DNA from: a virus
Lineage: Duplodnaviria; Caudoviricetes
Strand: one strand, 5' to 3'
DNA length: 64,000 nt
Virus record (IMG/VR): IMGVR_UViG_3300035425_000025
Span: 10,103-74,102 of that record
Below, piece after piece: positions 19,171-29,000 of this stretch (the stretch's first letter is position 1; every line of letters starts with the position of its first letter). Both the position numbers and the translations under genes were made by a program. The notes under the pieces were generated by a model. The model had not been told where the DNA came from, ran no database searches, and saw only the letters and a program-made list of their open reading frames with translations.

Positions 19171-19230
19171 ATCCCCTGAAGAGTCTTTGAAAATTAAGAC
19201 GAAACTACCCAAAACAAGGGTAGTCGGGAT
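19171..19230 (+). ncRNA. hammerhead ribozyme (type I)
   Basis: ATCCC/GGGAT stem I, CUGAAGA core, GTCTT/AAGAC stem II, GAAA, CTACCC/GGGTAG stem III, GUC cleavage triplet at 19223-19225. Confidence 0.85.
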
Positions 19231-19346
19231 AGCAATACAACCCAAACAAGCACCTTGATAATTGAATAGACTTTGCACCTAAGTTGTGATATACTTATTC
19301 TGTAGCAATACAAAGCACAATCACAACATAGAAAGTAGGTGATTAT

Positions 19347-19538
19347 ATGCCAACAAGTATAGAAGTAGCAAAACAAGCACTTGACGATTTTGCAAAGATA
19401 CAAAGACATATGTTAATTGCAAAAGAAGAGGGGGCAACAAAGACTTATGCAAGTCTTAAAAAAGAATATCTGACAATAAAAGCATTACTTAATGTTTCTG
19501 GTGTAAATCTTACAGATATTGATGAAATAAAAGAATAA
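19347..19538 (+). CDS. hypothetical protein with own promoter and terminator
   Basis: TAGACT-17-TATACT upstream; hairpin 19559-19604 downstream. Confidence 0.7.
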   Translation: MPTSIEVAKQALDDFAKIQRHMLIAKEEGATKTYASLKKEYLTIKALLNVSGVNLTDIDEIKE

Positions 19539-19558
19539 TAACGAAACATATCGCAATC

Positions 19559-19604
19559 AAAAGGTGTAAAGTCTATTGAACTATTAAGGCTTTACACCTT
19601 TTTA
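19559..19604 (+). terminator. intrinsic terminator
   Basis: AAAAGGTGTAAAG/CTTTACACCTTTT. Confidence 0.75.
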
Positions 19605-19671
19605 ATGTAGAAATAATCTGGTATAATGAAATAATCTAAATCAGTATATCAGGTTATAGGAAGGTGATCAC

Positions 19672-19884
19672 ATGGCAATAAAAACAAATAAAGAGTTATC
19701 ACAGGCAATAGAAGAGATAATAGAAAATAATGGTATTAAAAAAATATGGTTATCTGAAAAGGTGGGTATAGCTAATCAAAATCTAAATAGATTACTTTCT
19801 AAAAAAAGTTTATCACTTGACGATGCTAACAAAATTCTAAAGGCACTTGGATATCATGCAGAAATAATAATCGAAAAAGATTAA
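19672..19884 (+). CDS. XRE/Cro-type HTH protein
   Basis: GIKKIWLSEKVGIANQNLNRLLSKKSLSLDDANKIL. Confidence 0.8.
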   Translation: MAIKTNKELSQAIEEIIENNGIKKIWLSEKVGIANQNLNRLLSKKSLSLDDANKILKALGYHAEIIIEKD

Positions 19885-19902
19885 AAAAATTATCAAAAGT
19901 GA

Positions 19903-19931
19903 TTGACAAGTAAAGGCAAATAGTCTATAAT
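19903..19931 (+). promoter_or_regulatory. consensus sigma-A promoter
   Basis: TTGACA-17bp-TATAAT. Confidence 0.85.
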
Positions 19932-19937
19932 AATACT

Positions 19938-20930
19938 TGTAAGGAACACAAGGGAAATCAAAAATCGGTATCACGGCAGCATCAATAAGTCCAGGAGCGA
20001 TAAAAGAAAAATCCCCGTTCCAAACGAAACAGGGAAATTTCGGAAAAGCGTATAAAACACTTTTACCCTAGACAAGTAAAGTGTAACGCATTTCTGATAA
20101 TCTGTCAATCGGCAGATATTTCCCAAAACAAAGTAACTATTAACGTCCTGTAAAGTGGAGTGCTAACAGGATCGTAACTAAGGCAAAGCAACAAGAGATT
20201 GCAAACGAGGTTAGAGAAAAGATAATTGATCATCTAATCATCCCAATAGGGAAAACGTGAAAAGAGATACCAGCGTAAAAATGGACTATGGTTCCGGCCA
20301 TCTGACTACATCGTGGAAAACAGGGGATACAAACCTGTTTAGACGTAGCAGCGAATGCCATCGCAAACCGGAAAAACTACATTATGTGTCTGAAAATGAC
20401 AAGAGTTTGTCAAGTGCTGATTCTGAACTTGTGATCTGTGATAGCGTGGTGCTAGTAGCGGAAGTGAGAGACAGTGACTTTCACATTGGAATTAGCATAT
20501 GTCTGTATCTTAGCGGTGCAGTAGGTAGGGACACGGTGAAAAAGGGCGTATGATAAACCATTAAATAGACAGTTATTGTAAACCATGGAAAGAGCCGAGT
20601 ATAAAAGAATCGGTGATTATCGGTGCAGATAATTAATTTTAGAACGGATAAAACCTTAGAGAGTGTCAAGTAACAATGGCACTCTCTTCATTATTAAAAG
20701 CGGTCAACTGCTTTTCAAAAAGGAATGTGATGTTCAAGCGAAAAATAAGAAGCAACAAAAGCAATACATAGTTTTATTATTTACCATACCCATAAAAACA
20801 GAATCAAACGTGAGGCGGTGCGGAAAGCTGGTAAACCAACGGGTAACAACCGGGACATAGCCATTAAAGCCGGAAGCATTTAGCCATATCCCTTGAAAAG
20901 TCTCTTTTGTGGGCATGGATAAGTAATAAA
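19938..20930 (+). ncRNA. candidate ~1-kb structured ncRNA
   Basis: Follows a consensus promoter; no ORF with RBS; more than 12 hairpins. Confidence 0.5.
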
Positions 20931-20992
20931 AAGGTTTTAAATGATTCAATAATCTGTTATAATTAGAATATCAATAGAAAAGTTGGTGTAAA

Positions 20993-21307
20993 ATGATAAC
21001 GATAGAACAGTTAAAGGCAATAAATAAACCTGAAAACATAGCAGTAACAGAACATGCTAGAATCCGTCTTTATGAACGAAATATTAGCATTGATGATATT
21101 GTAAATGGTATAAATACAGGCGAAATTATAAAACAGTATCCAGACGATAAACCACTAGCAAGTTGTTTGGTATTGGGATTTTCTGTTAAATCACAGTATA
21201 TTCATATAGTAGTAAGTTGTGATACAGATTTTATATATCTTATAACTGCATATTTTCCCGATCCTGATATGTGGGAAAGTGATTTTAAGACAAGAAAGGG
21301 GCGTTAA
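20993..21307 (+). CDS. DUF4258 domain protein (putative RelE-like toxin)
   Basis: TEHARIRLYERNISIDDI...IIKQYPDDKPLASCLVLG...LITAYFPD. Confidence 0.8.
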   Translation: MITIEQLKAINKPENIAVTEHARIRLYERNISIDDIVNGINTGEIIKQYPDDKPLASCLVLGFSVKSQYIHIVVSCDTDFIYLITAYFPDPDMWESDFKTRKGR

Positions 21308-21309
21308 TT

Positions 21310-21537
21310 ATGGTATGTATGGAATGCGGAGCAAAAGCCGAAAAGGGATATACAACAAGCGTAACAGATTTAGGGAACCGCCTTTTAATCGTGCGGAATG
21401 TCCCTTGTTATAAGTGTACAGAATGTAATGAGGTTATCTATACAGGGGATGTTATTAAAAGATTGGAGCAGATCACAGAACAGGCGAAACAATTTACACA
21501 GGAAATTTCTATTGTAAATTATAGTAGTGCTGCATGA
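21310..21537 (+). CDS. YgiT/MqsA-type zinc-finger protein (putative antitoxin)
   Basis: CMECG...IVRNVPCYKCTECNEVIY. Confidence 0.8.
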   Translation: MVCMECGAKAEKGYTTSVTDLGNRLLIVRNVPCYKCTECNEVIYTGDVIKRLEQITEQAKQFTQEISIVNYSSAA

Positions 21538-21697
21538 TGGGATTGTAAGGAAATAAGTATGGACAGTATAAAAGGATTGGTTTTTCCAGTCCTTTTTGTT
21601 TTGAAAATAAATAATAAAAAGCATTAAAAATATAAAAATAGTGCTTGACAATGCACTGTTAATACACTATAATAGAAAATGTAAGGAGGGTTAGCGA

Positions 21698-21853
21698 ATG
21701 GCAAAACCGAAACAGAATACCCAACGGTTAGTCGTTTATATATCTCCTGAGTTAGAAAAATCATTGCAAGATGAAGCCGAAAAGAAAGGCACTAATGTTT
21801 CAAATCTAGTAAGGATGATTTTAACAAAAAGAGAAGAAAAAAAGGCTAACTAA
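21698..21853 (+). CDS. CopG/RHH regulator (51 aa), missed by ORF track
   Basis: AAGGAGG RBS; RLVVYISPELEKSLQDEAEKKGTNVSNLVRMIL; TTGACA-17-TATAAT upstream. Confidence 0.8.
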   Translation: MAKPKQNTQRLVVYISPELEKSLQDEAEKKGTNVSNLVRMILTKREEKKAN

Positions 21854-22218
21854 ATGTGGAAGCTGTCAACGACCGCAAATCATAGAACAGCTCCCACGCA
21901 ACCGCCAAACGCTGCAAACGTAGGCTTTAAACCTACTCACGATTGGACAATCTTATTATATCAGTTCTTTCAAGATTATTCAATCAAAAATCCACTTTAC
22001 AGATTGAACCTTGACAATTTCATAGGTAATGCGTAAAGCATCAAGATCACTTGCCTAAAAGAAGTGGTTAAGGTAGTTGCAGACTTTCCGAAACAACCGG
22101 AGAAGCAACAGAGCATTAACAGGCTGCTGAGACTCCCTATAATGGAAAGAAGTGGGAATAACTGTTAAAGTCTCTACAAGAAAATGAGACTAAATAAACA
22201 CATATTGATATTAAGGGC

Positions 22219-22572
22219 TTGCATCCGTCAAAAGTTGCAAGCTCATTTCAAGAAAATGGAGAAAGTGAGGATGATAGTATGGCGAGAAAATCAGCGTGGG
22301 ATAAATTCTTTGATGATACAGAAGACATCCAATGTATTTCTTGTTTGGATGCTTATGTATTGAAATATTTCATTGATAATTGCTGTGTACAAATAGACAG
22401 ACATTCAAGTGATAAGGATAGCAAATTTACGCTTAGTATAAGAGGATATGACGAAGAAAATAAGAAAGATTTATATGAAAGTGATTTCAGTAGGGAATGG
22501 AAAGAAAGGAATGTTTACAATCAGGCATTAGTTAAGAAGTTTGTAAGCGGATATTTCTTTTATTTGCAATAA
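22219..22572 (+). CDS. hypothetical protein (start probably near 22270-22279)
   Basis: ORF track; GAGG RBS. Confidence 0.6.
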   Translation: MHPSKVASSFQENGESEDDSMARKSAWDKFFDDTEDIQCISCLDAYVLKYFIDNCCVQIDRHSSDKDSKFTLSIRGYDEENKKDLYESDFSREWKERNVYNQALVKKFVSGYFFYLQ

Positions 22573-22600
22573 AACAATTATTTGAAAGGAGAATAAAAAA

Positions 22601-22894
22601 ATGACTAAAAAAGAAGTAAAACAATTATTGCCATTTAACACGATAACAAAATGTGAAAAAGAATACCACAGGCTTGTGAAAGAAAGTCTCAATTTTGGTG
22701 GATTTGATGCGAAATCATATGAGACACTTATATCTTGTGTAATATGCATATATTCAAGTTTGAAAAATGACAGTGTGGCACAACTAGAAAAGTTCTTTGC
22801 CGGTAAGGAAAGCAGAAGAAAAAGTTATTATGCTTGTTTATTTGCAAGTGAAGAAGACAAAAGAAAAGCGATAAAAGAATTATTATTTGTTTAG
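22601..22894 (+). CDS. hypothetical protein
   Basis: AAAGGAG RBS. Confidence 0.7.
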   Translation: MTKKEVKQLLPFNTITKCEKEYHRLVKESLNFGGFDAKSYETLISCVICIYSSLKNDSVAQLEKFFAGKESRRKSYYACLFASEEDKRKAIKELLFV

Positions 22895-23083
22895 GGAATA
22901 ACGCAATGAAAGGGATATTTAAAGGCAGATGGAAAATAAAACCGTCTGCCTTACTTGTTATAATGCAGCCTGAAAGCCTGATCAACTTTCAGACAGTCCA
23001 CAGTCTGTAAAATGCAGATGGTAACAAGAAAATAATAGAGAAATAGTTATTGCTACATAGACAATCAAAGAAAGGTTAAAACG

Positions 23084-23623
23084 GTGGAAATTATGTTAAG
23101 AATCTATTTAACAAACTTAGGCAAGTACAATGAAGGTCAGTTAATCGGTGAATGGGTAGAATTTCCATGTACAGATGATGAACTGGAAGAAGCTAAAGAA
23201 AGAATCGGGATCAGCGATGAACCAGACGAAAACGGAAACTATTATGAAGAGTGGTTTATTACAGATTATGAAACCGACATTCACGGCTTGACAGTTGGCG
23301 AGTATGACAATTTAGACGAATTAAACGAACTTGCGGAAACTTTAGACGATCTGGACGAGTACGAGCGAGAAATTGTAGAAGCTATGATTTCTGAAGGTTA
23401 TTCTTTAGAAGACGCAATCAACAAAAAAGAAGATTGTATGATTTATTATAACTGTGAAGATATGGAAGACGTGGCAAGAGAATATGTAGAGGAAACAGGA
23501 CTTCTTGATAGTATTCCAGAAAATCTGCAAAGTTATTTTGATTTTGAGGCATATGGGCGCGATATGAGTTTTGAAGGACATTTTGTATTTACTAATAAAG
23601 GAAATTGTGTGCAGATTTTATGA
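23084..23623 (+). CDS. ardA: antirestriction protein ArdA
   Basis: RIYLTNLGKYNEGQLIGEW...EEWFITDYE...YFDFEAYGRD; very acidic. Confidence 0.9.
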   Translation: MEIMLRIYLTNLGKYNEGQLIGEWVEFPCTDDELEEAKERIGISDEPDENGNYYEEWFITDYETDIHGLTVGEYDNLDELNELAETLDDLDEYEREIVEAMISEGYSLEDAINKKEDCMIYYNCEDMEDVAREYVEETGLLDSIPENLQSYFDFEAYGRDMSFEGHFVFTNKGNCVQIL

Positions 23624-23663
23624 TCTGTACACAATGAAATTGTAATTTGAAGGGAGAAAATGC

Positions 23664-23867
23664 ATGAACACAATACCACGATACATGAAAGAATATGCCA
23701 ATGCACAGCGGAAAAGTTATGTAGATAATGAATTGATGCAGAAAAAGTATAAAGATGCAGCCGTGGAAATTATAGAGCGTATTTTGAAAAATACAGAACA
23801 TGGATTGATTACAATTAATGAAGGAATGAAAGCGTTATGTGATCCAATTGATGGAATAGTTTTGTAG
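23664..23867 (+). CDS. hypothetical protein
   Basis: GGGAG RBS. Confidence 0.65.
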   Translation: MNTIPRYMKEYANAQRKSYVDNELMQKKYKDAAVEIIERILKNTEHGLITINEGMKALCDPIDGIVL

Positions 23868-23955
23868 GCAGTTAGAACGGCTATGGAGAATATAAGGCTA
23901 TAGCCGTTTTATAGTGCTTATAAAGGCAAATAAAGTATTGTAAGGAGTAAAAGCA

Positions 23956-24381
23956 ATGAATGATATTAGGCTTAGTTATAAAATGGCTCTAAAACTTGAA
24001 ATGTATATGGAGAAAGAGATTGAAGAAATTGCTCAGGATTTTCAGAGTCTATCATGGAATTACAATGAAACATACGAGTATAAAAAAGATATGAAGGCAG
24101 GTAAAAGATCTTTTCATACTGACTATGGAATTGATAAAACATCTTATGATGACAGAGTAAAAAATTTAAGAATCCGTCAATATGAATTGTATCTTGAATT
24201 GGAAAATTTAATAAAAGATTGTAAAGAACAGAATGACGGAAAGCCATATCTTCCATATAGTATGCATTTAAAAAGGCAATTAATTTGTATCAATCCATCT
24301 TATGATAATGTAGCTGAGGAATTAAGAAGATTAAAAGGAACGGAGGAAAATCATGATGATAACATACAGTGGTGGATCTGA
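23956..24381 (+). CDS. hypothetical protein
   Basis: AAGGAG RBS. Confidence 0.7.
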   Translation: MNDIRLSYKMALKLEMYMEKEIEEIAQDFQSLSWNYNETYEYKKDMKAGKRSFHTDYGIDKTSYDDRVKNLRIRQYELYLELENLIKDCKEQNDGKPYLPYSMHLKRQLICINPSYDNVAEELRRLKGTEENHDDNIQWWI

Positions 24382-24529
24382 AGCAATCGAAACAGTTTAC
24401 ACATATGAAGAATGGCTTAAAGAATACAACCGCCAAGAAACGAAACGGAGAATTAGACAGAGGACAGAACATCTATATTATATAAAACAACGTCTATCTG
24501 GCACTATCATGGCAGCGATTGGAGGTTGA
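24353..24529 (+). CDS. hypothetical protein (58 aa), possibly 3'-truncated
   Basis: GGAGG RBS; ends within the RBS of the next gene. Confidence 0.55.
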   Translation: MMITYSGGSEAIETVYTYEEWLKEYNRQETKRRIRQRTEHLYYIKQRLSGTIMAAIGG

Positions 24530-24532
24530 AGA

Positions 24533-24721
24533 ATGGAAAATATTATAAACAAAATGTTAGAGCGTATCAATTTTAAAATCAGATATGCACAGGAAAATTT
24601 TACAGAGTGGAACGCTGCACACGATAGACGGATGGCAGAAATTGACGGTATGATTGATATGTTATCAATAGTTACTGGTAAAGAATATGTTATCACAGAA
24701 AATGGACTGGAAGAAAGATGA
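24533..24721 (+). CDS. hypothetical protein
   Basis: GGAGGT RBS. Confidence 0.7.
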   Translation: MENIINKMLERINFKIRYAQENFTEWNAAHDRRMAEIDGMIDMLSIVTGKEYVITENGLEER

Positions 24722-24724
24722 AAA

Positions 24725-24922
24725 TTGAGGTTAAAAATGAAAAAATACGGATTCAAAAAATTAAATAATGGATGGCGTTTTAAAATTGGTGGGACTTCTG
24801 GGGAACCGTTTGGAATTACACTAAGATATTTTAATAAATGTGGCTTCCGGCTTCTTATAAATTTCAATACGGATTTTCTTATAAATCTTTTTGGATTCAA
24901 TCAAAAAATCATTGGCGTTTAA
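24725..24922 (+). CDS. hypothetical protein
   Basis: ORF track. Confidence 0.5.
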   Translation: MRLKMKKYGFKKLNNGWRFKIGGTSGEPFGITLRYFNKCGFRLLINFNTDFLINLFGFNQKIIGV

Positions 24923-25058
24923 ATCGCATACAAGCCCATTTAAAGCCTTAAATCAGTGCATATACAAATATGTATGTGCGTTGCATTAAGTCCTTAAATA
25001 AGGCAAATAAACAGTATAGAAAGAGAAGTATAGAGCAAGCGACAAGTGGAAATGTTGC

Positions 25059-25748
25059 TTGCTTTTATTATTTGTAAAATCAAATAGAATGGAGGAAAAT
25101 TTTATGCGTACAGTAACAGAAATTTATAATGTATATACTTATCCTGAGTTGTCAGAAGAAGCAAAAGAAAAAGTAAATCAGTGGTATCTTGATGATCCGT
25201 GCAGAAATGACGAATTTTTGGAAATTTACACAGAGGATTTACACAATATTTTTTCTAACAGCAACTTAAAGATGCAATATTCTTTAGGATATTGTCAGGG
25301 AGACGGTGTAAACATTTATGGAGAACTTGATTTGATGGACGTATTCAAGGCAATCCGTGACAAGTCATATTGTGGGGAAACATTCAAAGATTTTTGGGAC
25401 GCTATGACAGAACATGAGCAGAAAGCCATAGAGGCATACATGGAAGTTTGCGGAAGAAGTGTTGCATTGCCTTACAATGACGGACATTACAATTATTGTG
25501 TGTCTGATAAGACGGATTTTGCAGAAGAATGGATAGAAGAATTAGAGTATCAGCAATATAAAAATATCCAGGTTGATACAATTCGTAAAATGGAAAAATT
25601 AGTTGCTGATATATTTGTAATGCTTGCTAAACAGTATGAAGAATATGGTTACAAGTATTTCTATGAAGTGGACGATGAAGAGATAACAGAAACTTGCGAA
25701 GCTAATGGATGGGAGTTTCTGGAGGACGGAACATTTTACGCAGCATGA
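25059..25748 (+). CDS. conserved acidic phage protein
   Basis: ELSEEAKEK...YSLGYCQGDGV...CEANGWEFLEDG; real start likely internal. Confidence 0.7.
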   Translation: MLLLFVKSNRMEENFMRTVTEIYNVYTYPELSEEAKEKVNQWYLDDPCRNDEFLEIYTEDLHNIFSNSNLKMQYSLGYCQGDGVNIYGELDLMDVFKAIRDKSYCGETFKDFWDAMTEHEQKAIEAYMEVCGRSVALPYNDGHYNYCVSDKTDFAEEWIEELEYQQYKNIQVDTIRKMEKLVADIFVMLAKQYEEYGYKYFYEVDDEEITETCEANGWEFLEDGTFYAA

Positions 25749-25760
25749 GGAGGGCAAGAC

Positions 25761-25991
25761 ATGAGTACAAACGACTACATAAGGCAATCAGCACAAAAAT
25801 ATCATTGGCACAAATATTATTCTGTTATGCGCCCTGTAAGCATCGGAACACACCCTAAAAATGGCATGATGGATTTTATCAACTATGACACCAGAACGGA
25901 AGTAAACGGGCATATGGTATGGGCTGAGTTGTACTATAGCAGGGAATTAACACAGAAGGAAATGGAAGATTTTGAGATGGAGAAAGGATAG
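25761..25991 (+). CDS. DarA C-terminal-like (defence-against-restriction) domain protein
   Basis: YYSVMRPVSIGTHPKNG...LYYSRELTQKEMEDFE. Confidence 0.6.
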   Translation: MSTNDYIRQSAQKYHWHKYYSVMRPVSIGTHPKNGMMDFINYDTRTEVNGHMVWAELYYSRELTQKEMEDFEMEKG

Positions 25992-26000
25992 GGAGTAAAT

Positions 26001-29000
26001 ATGAAAGCGGACATTTTTAGACATGGAATAAATTGGTTTATTGAATTTTATAACGAAAACGGCAATCATATGGAACATTGTGGAGAATGTATTTCAGGAT
26101 TTAATGACAATCCTTTAAAAAGAGCCGTTGAACGTGCAAAATGGTGGAATTGCAAGAGTATTTGTATAGTATTTTAAGGCGATGAAAGAATCATTTGGTC
26201 AGGAGGGAATGCGATGGAAACAAAAATAAAAGTATTGCATGATGATTATGGACACACAGCGACAATTTGTGAAAGAATGGCGCTGATGCATAAAGGGGAC
26301 GTAGAAAGAAGGAAAGTTTATATATTATCATTAACAGCGGATTATGATAATGATTTTATGTATTTTAAATCAGAATTTAGAAGTATGGATGCATTAAATG
26401 CAAAATTGAAGACTACAAGGGTAAAGTGGAAAGAAGAAGTAGCCAAAGGAGATTAATTATGGAAATGATAAATGAAATTATTGAAAAATGTAATAATTTA
26501 TGTGGAAATGAAAAATTGAGAGTAGAAGATTTTGGAAAGAATAAAGATTTAACTTTATATATACAAAAAGATTGTGACTACAATCCAGAAATTGATAAAG
26601 ATAAATGGAACATTGTCAGTATTACAACGGTGCAAAATTACACATATGTTGATGATACAGAAGATATATATGTTAATGATGGCTCTTTGTACAAAGAACT
26701 AGAAAGAATATATAACTATAAAGATTTTGAACTTTTATAAATGGAGATGGAAAAACTATGTGGAAAAATCAATATTGGGATAATGAAGGCGAATTGTTTA
26801 GAGATTTAGACAGAGAGGATGATGGAACACCAATTGAAGAAATGGGAAGGTATGAAATTGTATTTGATTTTTCAGAACAGAGGTATTATTGCTTTGTAAA
26901 TGCAATTAATATGGAAGAGGCTTTAGGTATCTTCTTCGCGAACCATGATAATGTAATGTATAAACATATTATAGAACACATAGAAATTTAGGCATGAAAA
27001 CATATTTGATTAGGAAGGAATCATGTTAGTATAATGAAAGCAATAATTAAAGAAACTCAAAATGGCTTTATAGAAGAAACAGTGATTGAAGATGTTTGTA
27101 TAGTAGAACATGGGTATTCATATGGAATAAATGGTAATTATGAATACTTAGAATTATGGAAAAATTCTGTTAGACCATATGTAAGAGTAAAATTGAATGG
27201 GAAAACAGAAATAATACTTAAATAAAGGATCGCTTTATCAAAGAGAGGGAAACGATTATGAATAAAAAATATTATGAGTTTGATAATAGACTGGAATTAA
27301 ATAGACGCTTAAAATATTGGTCAAATGCTTGTGGTGAATTGCATCATCATGGGGAATATGATTTAAAGGATGTTTCAGAACTTCCACAAGAATTACTGAG
27401 GGCATATAATGAACTTTGGGAACAAGGAAACGGTTGTTTTGAATACTTAGTTGAGTATGATGGAAAGTATTATATTGCTCTTATAAGTGAATTTGACAAT
27501 ACTTTTGCAGAAGATAGTAATGTATTAATGGAAGAACTGCATGAAATAGCTAAACAAAACGCGTTAGAATTATTTCATCAAGATTTATTCAAAGACACTA
27601 TTTTGATTATTGGAAAAGACACTGGTTTTAACGAGTGTCATGAGATTATTTTTCTTATTCCAGCAATGGAATCTAAAAATGTATATGATGAAATAGAGGA
27701 CACTATATATTTGAATATTTGGAAAATGGACAAATAGAATCGGAATTTTATCCGGAGAAAGGAAAAAATTATGAATAGATACACAATGGAAATAAAACAA
27801 AAAACAGGCGTGTGTTCATCAGAATTATGGAAATTTATTGTTGTTTCAGGTGATACGATTGAACTTGTTACATCTTTAATTCTTGAAGCACAAAAAGAAT
27901 TTAAATTTGAATCGCCTGTAGAACTTATGGATTATGTTTGTGATGTATATGGCTGGAAATGGGAAGATTTTGAGTATGATATTGAAATAGAAATGTAGCT
28001 TTGAATCTCGTATTTCAACAGGAGGTAAATAAAGTGGTGACATGTAATAAATGCAGAAGAGAATGTGAATACAGGAATAAAAAATTTAAAGATGTTTCCT
28101 TATACTGTGACACTCATTGTACCTATGATTTTAAGATAGAATGTGATAAAATAGCGACAGATGATTTTCGGAAAGTAATTCAAGAATTAAAAGATGGAAA
28201 TTTTTCTAATGCTGCCGTTACAGGAATATTAAAACAAGCGCAGTGCATTTTAAATGTTGCTGATAACATTATGGAGGAATGATAACTATGAGATTGGCTC
28301 TTAATCAGAAATATTTGTATTCAAACATAGCCAAGATTGGAAGACAATGTAAAAGAACAAAGAAAGAAGAAATTGTTACATATATCGGATCAGAAGATGA
28401 TAAAGAGATTTTTCAGAAAGAATCTGGAACAGAATTATTAGTACATAAATCTGATATTGATAAGTTTATAAAGGAAATTTCACGATGAAATGTACCTTTT
28501 CAGTCCTTTTAATTGGACACAAATAATAGTATAATGGAAACATAAACAAACAGATCAAAGTCCTACATAGTAGGCAGAAAGGTGGAATATATGGAAACTT
28601 TACTTGGATTGATTTTTCTCTTTTGTGTATTTGGATTACCAGCAATCATAAGAAATTACAAATTTGATAATAGTCTTCCTCCAGAAGGATATCAAACAGA
28701 CTGGGCAGCTATGAATCGTGATTTAGCGATGGGAAAATCAAAGACAGAAGTAATAAATAAATCAAACAGAGGAGAGTATTACGTTAAAAAGAAATAGAAT
28801 GAACGAAGAGTAGAAGCCACTGGAAAATAATCTGGTGGCTTTTATAGTGGAGAAAATAAGGAAAGAAGGACAAAATAGAATGGATAAGAATACATACACA
28901 CTTGGAAAGAAATTTGAATGTTGCGGAAAGACTATGGTAACTGTTATAATTAAAGGCAGAGCAGCTTGTGTTATGCCTGAGTTGGAATACAATAGGATTA

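Noticed and set aside
20140-20175. Twister/pistol-like fragments (AAAGTGGAG; TTAAATAG at ~20560)
   Set aside because: Remaining conserved ribozyme elements are absent
20257-20553. 98-aa ORF in the 1-kb non-coding tract
   Set aside because: No RBS, atypical composition, lies across RNA hairpins
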